Positions 53,594 to 64,000 of a stretch of DNA of 64,000 bases are shown here, piece by piece. The notes beneath the pieces were generated by a model. The model was not told the DNA's origin and ran no database searches. It was given only the letters and a program-made list of their open reading frames with translations. The DNA comes from Nageia nagi (lineage: Eukaryota > Plantae > Pinophyta): contig JBITNC010000001.1 in the NCBI GenBank assembly GCA_050084985.1, positions 170,190,001 to 170,254,000 on the forward strand, given 5' to 3'. The first letter of the stretch is position 1. Each line of letters begins with the position of its first letter. The position numbers were made by a program, and so were the translations under genes.

Positions 53594-54328
53594 TGTAAAC
53601 ACCTAAAAATCATTCATTTGCCTAGCTTAGGTGATTCAAAATGATTTAGTCTACCTTGTAGCTTATCATGAATTATCATCTTGTAAACCCTACATAATAG
53701 CATTCGCATGATCATTTTTGGTAACTTAGCTCTTTGTTATCATTTAGGTAACCTAGCCCTAACTAACCTACTAGCTAGGGGATCAATTGGCCAATTATGG
53801 TGAAAACCATAACTGACCTATTGATTGTTCACTATAAAAATAAAAATATTAATTTCAAATCATTTCACAGCAACACCAACATATATCTCATGAGTTCTTG
53901 CATGTTTAACCCTCTTTCCACTATGTGCATGAACTTTTGCAGCTTGATACCTTCCATGTGAGCTCAACCCATCACTTCTAAGGAAAAATGATGATTCTTA
54001 TTTTCATATTGCAAATGAATCTTGGGGAAACTCATATGATTTGGATTTTAATTAGGACTAACATTATTTCAAGTATTTTTGTAGGTTTTAGAGGTTAATC
54101 AAAAGCACCAACTCATATCCTTTTGGTCATTTTCTAACCCACTTGTGCATGGTTTCCTTTTAGTATTTCTATGATAGTCTCTTGTATACTTAGGCTATAA
54201 TAGTTTAGTTTATTTTAATCATTAGAAAAATCATTTTAGGTTTTATGTTAGTTTGCATATTAGGCATTGAGCTATTTTTGAGTTCCTTGTTGACTCAAAG
54301 CTTGAAGGATTATAAGCAAACAAGTCAT
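53594..54328 (+). repeat. Tat-A 3' LTR, 5' portion, interrupted
   Basis: TG start directly after the PPT, with similarity to the reverse complement of the Tat-B LTR. Confidence 0.8.
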
Positions 54329-57300
54329 TGTTAGGATCCCACATCCTAATAATTACTTAGGTTTATTTATGCTTTAATTAATTTAATTATATGATTGTAT
54401 TGGCTTATAATGTGAACTATCATATTTTGTAAGGTGAAGTGCCATTTTGATTATGAACCGCCAATTAGGGTAGGAGGACTATAAATACTTGTAAGAGTGA
54501 TGAAGAGAACATCTTGGAAAATTATTTATCTTTTGAGTTTTAAGGAGGTAGCCCCCTCAAAGTGGTATATGATTCATATTTCTATTTAGTAAAGTTATTC
54601 TATTATATTATCTACTATTAATATAAGTATCTCATTTCATTTACTTTACTTGATGTATTACAAGTTTTTGGTTATTTCATATTTCAATATTTCCTATGAT
54701 ATTTTTGGTAAAATCCATTTTTAGTCTATTGGGTTCCTAACATCTAGTATTAGTGACTCAATTTTACCACTTGTGGGTAGATTAAGGATTGATATTGTAT
54801 GGTTCTACCCAAAATGCTACCAAAATTTTTGCCAAAACTTTAAGGTCATATCGAGTTGAAAACCTAGATTTTACCCATTTTACAACCAAAACTCTGCCAA
54901 AAGTTTTTCAAAAATCTAGTCTAGTTCATCTACCATAGCTCATGAACACCTTATGTACCATGCCATTCCTATATAACACCCCTCTACCCATCCTCTACAC
55001 ATCCATCTCTTCCTTGTGCATCGACCTTCATGCTACAAGCCACCTCTATTTTTGAAACAACTAGTTTTCGTTATTGAACCCTATTTTTTCTTACCATAAA
55101 TAGCAATTTTTAAAAAGGATAAAAACTTTAGAGGCCATTATATTTCAAACCATAAGGAATTAGGTCATTATCATTTTAAAATGTAGAACCCATACAAATT
55201 TTCAATTCCAAAAATAGCAGTTACTAAAAATAGTAAGTTATGACCTAGCTTGTATTTCACATGGAGGGAAGAAGATCTCAAGACCTCATGCTTGAAAAAT
55301 TATCATGGTAGATTCATTGAAGTAGTAGAGAGGCTCATGGGATTGACCACTAAATATGACATGATGAAAAAAGGTCTAATGCAAGTCTAAACATAAAAGT
55401 TCATACAATTTCACAATAACTGACCTCATCCCAAAAGACATAAAGTACAAGCTTTTAACAATATTTAGGGAATAACACTCAAATGTAGGTGCAAGATGTT
55501 CATATGAAAGGCCCCCAAGCCTTCATCCTTCCATGGAAAATGAAGCTAGATTTCCTTAGATTTGATAGAGAGGATTCAACGAGCTAGATTTATATAGAAG
55601 AATAAAATTTTACACCGAATCAAATTCCTAAGGCTCAAAAAGTAAATATTGCTTCTTTCTATTTGGACCATTAGGCTATTCAATGGTACCAATGGTTTGA
55701 AAAAACTAATGGGATCCTAAATTGGAGGGACTTTATATATAATTTGTTGGTAAGGTTGGCCCAAGTGATTTTGCAGATTTCATAGGAGCCCTTACAAGAA
55801 TGCGATAAATATCAATGGTAAAGGAATATTAGAACAATTTGAAAAGCTTACAAATCGAATAAAAGAATTAGATGAATTTTTTTTAGGATTTGCTTTATTA
55901 GTGGGATGAAGGAAGACTTCAAGGTACAACTCAAAATGTTTAATCCTCTTACAATGATACATGCTATTGGATTGGCCAAATTGGTAGAAGATAGATTCAA
56001 TGCCCAACATAGACAAGGGAAAAAGCCATTCAACAAACCCTAAGGTTCTCAAGCTACTCCAAAATCTACCTATTCATTTCAAATTAAGTGACTTAGTAAG
56101 GAGAAAATGAATGAGTGTCAAACAAAGGGTATTTACTATAATTGTGATGAAAAGTATGCACCTGGCCATAAGTTTATTACATAGAGGTTTTATTTGCTTA
56201 ATGTTGATATTTTTGATGATTCGAAGGATGAGAATGTTATTGAGGAAGAAACTAATGAACCTGAACCAACTATGGAAGAAGTTTTTGTAATTTCTTGTAG
56301 TAACCTTGTAAGAATTACAATACCTCAAATAATGAAGGTTCATGTATATTTAAAAAAATAATCCCTCATTATTTTACTTAACTCTAAAAGTAAACATAAT
56401 TTAATTGACCCTAATGTGACCAAACATAATATTGTAATTTTAAGCTCAACATGGGTGATTATCACATACAAAGCGACATGTATGTATATCCATTAGGAGG
56501 GTATGATGTGGTCTTAGGATTTCAATGGTTATGCATATTGGGACCTATATTAATGGACTTCCTTTAACTATGGATGAAATTCATGGTTGAAGGACATACA
56601 TATCACTCACCAAATTACATGTTATTCCATCATAGATTATAAGTTCTCATTATATGGAGAAGTTAATTTGAAAAGGAAAAAATGGAATGGTAGGATAACT
56701 ATTTGCACTACAACTAATGACTTAGGATGGAGATGGAGGTGAATTTGTAGAGCTACAAAAATTATTAGCACATCATGAGAGTGTTTTTGAAGAACCAAAA
56801 GGGATACCTCCCAATCACCCTCAAGACCAAACTATACAACTAATCCCTAATAGTCAACCACCCAACATTTGACCCTACCATTATACTTATTTGTAGAGAG
56901 ATAAAATTAAAAAGCTAGTACAAGAGATGTTGGAAGCTAGGATTATTAGGCCAAGTGTTAGTCCTTACTCTTAACCTATCACATTAGCTCAAAAAAAGGA
57001 TGGATCTTAGTGATTATGCATAGAATTTTGGGCTCTCAACAAAGTTATTATGAAAGGTAAATTCCATATTCCCATCATTGATGAACTACTACATGAGCTA
57101 CATGAAGCCAAAATACTTCTCAAAACTAGATCTATGATTATGATACCATCAATTATAACTCCATGAAGAAGATTTTCTATAAATATCTTTTTGAATGCAT
57201 GAAGGTCATTATGAATTTTTAGTAATGCCTTTCAGTATTATTAATCCTCCTTCAACATTCTAGAGTCTGATGAATCAAGTATTTTTATCTCATCTTCAAA

Positions 57301-59834
57301 AATTTCTTTTATTTTTCTTTGATGTTATTTTGATCTATAAAAAGATATGGGAGGATCATTTAGCACACTTAGATCAAACATTGAAATTACTTCAAGAGCA
57401 TCAATTATGCAAAGAAATCCAAGTATTGCTTTGCAATATGGGAGATCAAATACTTAGGGCATATCATTTCTAAAGAGGGCCTCAAGGTCAATCCACATAA
57501 AATTATAGACGTGCAAGATTGGCCTATTCCAAAATCACTCAAGGGAATGAGGGGATTTCTAGACCTAACAAGTTATTACTAAAAATTTGTAAAGACTTAT
57601 GGGAAGAACATGGCTCCACTTACATCATTACTAAAAAAAGATGTCTTTAACTAGTCACAAATAATTGAAGAATCATTCTGAAAATGGAAGGAGTTAATGT
57701 GTTCCACTCCTATTTTAGCCATGTCAAATTTTTCTAAAATATTTATCATTGAGAGTGATGCCTATGGAATAGGATTGGATGTAGTTTTGATGCAAGAGGG
57801 AAGACCATTGGCTTTCACTAGTAAGGCATTATCAAGTCAAAATTTGGTTATATTTACCAATGAAAAGGAGATGTTGGCAATAATCTATGTGATTCAAAAA
57901 TGGATACCCTACCTCATTGGTTGAAATTTTATTGTATGCAAAAATCATCATAGTATAAATTACTTTTTGGAACAATAATTATGATAACTAAACAATAAAA
58001 GTGGATGAGCAAATTATTAGTGTATAACTATGAAATAGTATATAAAAAGAGTTCAAAAATATAGTTACAGATGCTCTTTCCCACAAATTTGAGGAACCTA
58101 TAGCATTGCAAGAAATTTCACTACTAGTTTCCTATGGTTAGAGTAGCTAAAGAAAGAATGACTTCAAGATGACTTAATTTAGGTATTAATTCACAAATCT
58201 AGATAAATTCTACTAGTAAACTAAATTTCTCATGGCAAGATGGTATTTTATGCTTCAAAGGTTGCATTGCATTACCATCCACTTCTTCATGTCGAGAAGT
58301 AATACTTTTGGAATTACATGCTTCACCATCAGTTGGATACTCAAGGTTTCTCAAAACATATAAGAGAGTAACCAATCTTTTTGTTGGGAAAAAATAAAAT
58401 AAGACATCAAGAAATTTATTTTCAAATGTAATGTTTATGAGAAATATAATGGTGAAATAGTTGGCACTCATTGTTTACTTCAACCCTTACCTATCCCAAG
58501 TCATACCTAAATTGTTATCTCAATGGAATTCATTTAAGGCCTCCCTAAGTCTTAAGCTAAATCTATTATCTTGGTGGTAGTTGATTAGTTATCTAAGTAT
58601 GCACAATTTTTATCTTTAGCACATCCATTTAAAGCTATCAATGTGGCCCAACTTTGTGTTGATAATATATTCAAGCTTCATGGTATGCTTGCTACCATAG
58701 TTAGTGATTAATACCTAATATTTCATAGCAAATTCTAGCAAAAACTATTTAAGTTGCAAGGAACTCAACTTAAAATGAGTTCATCTTATTATACGTAGAA
58801 TGATGAAAAGTTTGAAATTGTTAACAAGTGCTTATAAATCTATTTGCATTATTTTAAATCAACCCAACCATTTCATTGGGTAAAAATATTTCCATTAGTA
58901 GAATGGTGGTATAAAACTTCATACCATACAACCATTTAGATGACACCATATGAAGCATTGTATGGTTAGGCACCACCAATAGTGGCAACACATGTCCCAT
59001 GTAGTACAAAGTCCCAAGAAATTGATACTAATTTACATACTTAAAAATAATATTCTTCATCATCTTCAAGAGAATTTATGGATTGCTCAACATTGCATGA
59101 AAAAATAGGTTGATCAGAATAAGGTGAAACATGAATTTCAAGCTGACAATATGGTGTTCCTACACTTACAACCATATAGATAGAAATCCTTAAATATTAA
59201 AAATTAGCTCCAAAATTTTATTGCCCTTACAAATTTCTTCAATGCATTGGACCCTTTTCTTATAAGTTGGAGTTACCAATGTCTTCCAAGGTTCATCTGG
59301 TATTCCATGTTTCATGTTTGAAAAAGGTAGTGGGATCATAGGTTCAAATTCAATTAGAGTTACTAGAATTCATTGATGATGGTTGTACTAAGATTGAACC
59401 TAAAGTAGTTTTGTATAAGTGCACCATCAACCTTCATCATCTCACCATAACCCAAGTTTTGATTCAATGGTAGGGGCCAGCACATGAAGATGCAACATGG
59501 AAGAAAACACATGAGCTTCAACAAGAGTTTTCAAATTTCTAGCTTTGAGGAAAAAGCTATTTCCAAGAGGGGTGGCATGTTAGCATCCCACATCTTAACA
59601 TTTACTTAGGTTTATTTATGCTTTAGTTAATTTAATTATCTTCTTATGTCAGCTTGTAATATAAACTATCATATTTTGTAAGGTGAAGTGTCATTTTGAA
59701 TGTAAACCATCAATTAGGGTAGGAAGATTATAAATACTTATAATAGGGGTAAAGAGAGCATGTTGACAAATCATTTATCTTTTATGTTGTAAGAAAAAAT
59801 CCCCCTCAAAGTGACCTACAATTTTATTTGAATT
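54329..59834 (+). mobile_element. Chromovirus (Reina-like) Ty3/gypsy element
   Basis: 5' LTR 54329-54742 (tgttagga..cctaaca), degenerate Met PBS at about 54745, PPT aagaggggtggca at 59565-59577, and a 3' LTR from 59578 interrupted at 59834. Confidence 0.92.
55300..59570 (+). pseudogene. Chromovirus gag-pol with C-terminal chromodomain, degenerate
   Basis: Knuckle YNCDEKYAPGHK; RT GHYEFLVMPFSIINPPSTF and FFFDVILIY; RH IIESDAYGIGLDVVLMQEGRPLAF; chromodomain EPKVVL..QVLIQW*GPAHEDATW (about 59390-59545). Confidence 0.9.
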
Positions 59835-61040
59835 TGTGAAGTAATATTGTGTAATATTTATCTTTAATGTAAATTCACTTAATGCTTAAAGCATATTTAG
59901 ATACCTTAAAGCATTAAGAGAATAAATATAGAAAGAGAAATAAATATAGAAACACCTTTAACCTTACCCTTTGGTTAAATGGAGGTTAAAGGATGAGTTT
60001 ATTCTTATAAATAGAGAGGTACCCCTCATCTCATGGTAATAAAACAATTGTAAAGCTAGGATTAGGGTCTGGAGAGATGATTCTATGAGAGAGGTTCTTG
60101 AGAATAAGATCTTAGTTAGTGGATGTACTCCCAAGGAGGGAGGAACAACTTTATATCTTATGTTATTTGTGAGATTTTTTTGAGTTATTATGCTATTATG
60201 TTAATGTTGTAAGTGCCTTCTTGAGATATTGGTAAACTAGAGATTAATTTGAAAAGGCTTAATTGCATAAAGTGGTATCAGAGCCATTATTGGAGACCCC
60301 TCTTCAACATATTTGAAAGTCCTTCCTCTTCTTTCTACATCTACTTTGTTAGGGTAAAAAGGATTGAAGATATAATTTACCTCCTACCTTGTTCATTATC
60401 AAAGTTTGCTTTATTACTAACCATTTTGGTTACTTGATTATCAAGTTTTATTTAGCAAAATGTATTCAAAGTAGATATTATTGCTATTTTTTTTTTGCTA
60501 TACTAACATGTTAGTTCACTCTTATGTTATTGCTATGCAATATTTTTTTACTAACAATAGTTTGTTAGTTGCAAATTTTTTTAAGTAAAATTACTTAATG
60601 TATAGCAATAATATGCAAGTTTTGGGTAAATTTGCTTTCATATAGCAATAAAGGGTTATTATAGCTTAAATTTGCAAAAAAATTAACAATAATGATGTTA
60701 TTGCAATTTTTTTTTACAATCCTAGTATGTTTGTAAAATAATTAAATTGCATGCCTTATTGCATGCATACATAATCTGCTTTGTTTAAAAAAAAAATGTG
60801 ATATATTAAAATATTTTTTTTTTGAAAAAATATATAGATTTATTTTTAAAAACTTTAAAAAAATATAGATTTTTTTAATTTGTTATTTAAAAAATAAAGT
60901 TTTTTTTAAATAAATTAAAAAATAATAAAAAACCAGCACAGCCTTGGTTGCCCAAGGGGTGTGCATAGCCCCAAGGGGCATGCCACTTGTGAAGGGGGCC
61001 TCTACCCCAAGGGTGTATGCTACCCCTAAAGGGGGCCGCC

Positions 61041-61340
61041 GCCCAACTACTCTCCCTAAGAAAACTTTCTATTTTTAAATAAATATAGAAAGATGTGGAA
61101 TTTTTTCCCTAAAATAAGGTATGAGCTAAATTTAAAACCTTAAATTTTTTTAAGGTTAAAATCATTATAGGTAGCTTTTTAATATTTATCGCCCAACTAC
61201 TCTCCCTAAGAAAACTTTCTATTTTTAAATAAATATAGAAAGATGTGGAATTTTTTCCCTAAAATAAGGTATGAGCTAAATTTAAAACCTTAAATTTTTT
61301 TAAGGTTAAAATCATTATAGGTAGCTTTTTAATATTTATC
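61041..61340. repeat. Perfect 150-bp tandem duplication
   Basis: 61041-61190 is identical to 61191-61340. Confidence 0.95.
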
Positions 61341-62653
61341 TATTTTCCAAATTATCCTTAAGTGCTAATAAGAGACATTATTAATCATACATTTAAGGCA
61401 AAAATTATCCAAGTACATGGCTTAATAATTTTTTTCTTAATGCATGATCATTGTTATGCACACATGTGGATGGATAATGTTTTTAAGAGCATAATTGTTG
61501 TTAAGTGGATAAACTCTTTAAATGTATGGTTTAAATTTTTTTCCTAATGCATAATTATTGCTATGTGGATAAAATTCATGGTTTAATACTTTATCCTAAT
61601 ACATAATTATTGCTATGTGGATAAAATTTTTAATGCATGCTTTAAATGTTTTGTCCTAATTATTGCTATTGAGCACACATTTGAATGGATAAAAATTCTC
61701 TTAAGTACTTTTACCTATGCATTTTTAAATGATAATTTGCAAATAAAGAATTATTTTTAAGTCTAATTTTTAAGTAACAAGGGGGATAATTCTTCATTTT
61801 TTTATAATTAACCTTTGTAAAGAGATCCTTTAGGGGTTGTAACAAAACCCATTGTACTCTTAGGCTCATTTGTTGTTACTTAAAATTAATGAACCTTTGC
61901 AAAAATATCCATTAGGAATTGTAACAAAACCCATTGGATTCTTTACCTTATACTTATGGATGATGTTAGATGTACTTTCATTTTTTAAAGCATTTTATTG
62001 TTTTGCACTTTTATTTTATATACAAAGTACATAAACATTGAAAATTACTTCCCCTAAAATGAACACATATGCACATTTATTCCCCAACATGACTTGTTTG
62101 GGGATCTATAAGGTGAAAATAAGGTAGATTAGAGTTGTTCAATCTAATGACCCAAGTGGTGAAAAGTTTGTACTTATTCATTGCTCCTAAGTCCTTTGTT
62201 GTCTAGATTTAACTCCATATAGGTGGATATGCATGTGTAGTGATACCACATATCTAGCTTTCCATTCAGAGATTATCCTCGTAACCTAGGAGTAAAACTA
62301 AAAATTTAATCAAGATAATTGATTTTTCTAATTCAACATACATCAAAACCTTGGAAAATAACTATTACTTCTCCTTGTGAGAGTATATTGTTACCCAAGG
62401 TGAACTAGTTGAGGATTGGTAGGACTTGGGCTCCTTGCGGGCATCTAGATGAAGGCCTAATTTTAGATAAGAAAATAAGCTTTAACTCTTTCAATTATAA
62501 TTGATGATAAAAATATTTTATAGATGATTATTATTCTTGTTAATAGTTTAAGCATTTGATATGTTTATTAGTTCAAACATGTATTTGTATGATTAATATT
62601 TTTAAACTCAACATATATGCTTACATTGTTTATCACTTTCATATTTTGTAGCA

Positions 62654-64000
62654 ATGGAAGACTCCTTGGCACCCAAGCATATTCTATATGGTTCCAAATA
62701 TGGTATTTGAGAACCTAGGATGAAACTAGAACTTCAAGCATAGAAAATTTATATGATTGTTAGTGAAAACCAAGTTGCTCCATCAAGGAAGAAGGAACTT
62801 GAAGCTTATAATACAAATAATGATTTGGAAAACTCTATAATTTTTCATGCTATTTTAGATGAAATACTTCTCATAATATATTTTTCAAACTCTACAAAAG
62901 AAGCTTGGGATAAATTGAAGAGTATCTACCTTGGCACCAAATTCTCTAGAAGGTTCACCATTCTTTAGAAGTTATTGCAATCATGTCAAGAGAAAAAAAA
63001 AGTGTGTCAATACATATGAATAAGGTTATTGACCTTAGGAACTAACTTGTAGGTTGTGGTTACAATTAGATCAATGATAATTTTTTTAATTTCATCATCT
63101 TTCAAAGCCTCTCTGCTAAATCTAGCAACTTTATGATTGTTATTGAAACTAGGCTTGATGATGAGAAAGAAGTGTTCTCTTTGGAAAATATATCAAGGCT
63201 TCTCTTGAAACATGAGGAAACACTTAAAAATAAAGTGTTGATTACCACTCCTAAAGAGCCTTCTATGGTATTAGGTGCAATGCAGCCTCACTTCAAAAAT
63301 AAGAACCATAACCAAAAGAAGGATTCTCATGCTGCTAAGAAGAACTTTAAGAATGGTGGAAATAAGAAGAATTATAATCATGATAAGACAAAGAAAATTA
63401 AAGCTAAATTTGATAAAAATTATCATTTCTATGACATCTATGGTCATAAGAAAGTTGATTGCTATAAGAAAAAAAAATAACAAGGTGAAAAAGAATTTGA
63501 AAAACCAAACAAATCTAATAACAAGAAGAAGAACAAGAATTATGCTTATGTTGCTACATTTTACTCTATGTCTTGTACTTTATCAAATGATTGGATTGTT
63601 GATTCTAGATGCACTAATCACATGTGTTTTAAAAAAGATAAGTTTGAAAATTTTCATAAGTATAGAAAATATACAATTATGATAGATGATAATTCAATCT
63701 TTGAAGTTCAAGGTATTGGGAGAGTGTGGTTACAAGGAAAGATTCTTGAGAATGTGCTTTATGTACCTAAATGCACTATGAATCTTTTTTCTATAATTTA
63801 GGTTGAAAGGGAGGGTTACTCTTTTGAGTTTAACTCACACTCTTGGTGCATGAAAAAGGGTCTTGCCACTTTGGTGAAAGGATGAGTTAAAGATGACCTT
63901 TACATTGTGGATCAATATCCAACAAAGATGTGCCTTGCAACTAATGTTTTCTCTAGAGACAATCTTTGGCACCATAAATTAGGCCACCTAAACCATAAGA
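62654..64000 (+). pseudogene. Copia gag, protease and pre-integrase, degenerate, running off the window
   Basis: ATG at 62654; STKEAWDKLKSIY; knuckle relic YHFYDIYGHKKVDC; protease WIVDSRCTNHM; NLWHHKLGHLNHK at the window end. Confidence 0.9.

Larger units (their letters stand above)
14150..54328 (+). mobile_element. Tat-A: Ty3/gypsy Tat-clade retrotransposon (TatIII/Ogre-type domain order); 5' LTR missing; hosts nested elements
   Basis: gag pieces 14150-14715, 17889-19749 and 41694-42200 align with Tat-B gag. pol spans 42200-47250. PPT aaaaggggtata at 53582-53593. The 3' LTR starts tgtaaacacctaaaaat at 53594, resembles the Tat-B LTR start, and is cut at 54328. Confidence 0.9.
59835..64000 (+). 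mobile_element. Ty1/copia element, 5' part: LTR ~59835-60269, PBS, 2.4-kb leader, gag-pol start
   Basis: TG start inside the chromovirus LTR, TATAAATAG near 60006, and a perfect PBS TGGTATCAGAGCCA at 60273-60286. Confidence 0.9.

Overview
AT-rich, strongly CG/CHG-depleted plant DNA, most likely gymnosperm (inferred from the retroelement lineages and the decay pattern). I see no host gene; the window is a nest of old retroelements. The backbone is a Ty3/gypsy Tat-clade element, 'Tat-A' (+ strand, from about 14150 to a 3' LTR starting at 53594), with gag, protease, G-patch, RT, RH, archaeal-type RH and integrase. Its gag is interrupted twice: by a 3.2-kb Copia-derived element (14716-17883, -) and by a 21.9-kb relative, 'Tat-B' (19750-41688, -, ~1-kb LTRs, CAAAG TSD, tRNA-Arg PBS). 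Its 3' LTR is interrupted by a Reina-like chromovirus (from 54329), whose own 3' LTR is interrupted by a Copia element (59835 to the window end). The first 14 kb hold a Met-PBS element with a 27-aa-repeat ORF, a Trp-PBS gypsy fragment, a Tork/Tnt1-like Copia carrying both a 2.9-kb non-autonomous LTR element and a tRNA-derived SINE, and further LTR fragments. The most notable finding is that both Tat copies carry an antisense, apparently spliced two-exon plant-mobile-domain (PMD) gene. It has a 26-codon first exon, a phase-0 GT..CAG intron at homologous positions, a coiled-coil tail and an upstream tandem array, which makes it a candidate transposon-encoded chromatin/anti-silencing module. All coordinates, translations and identities were derived by eye.
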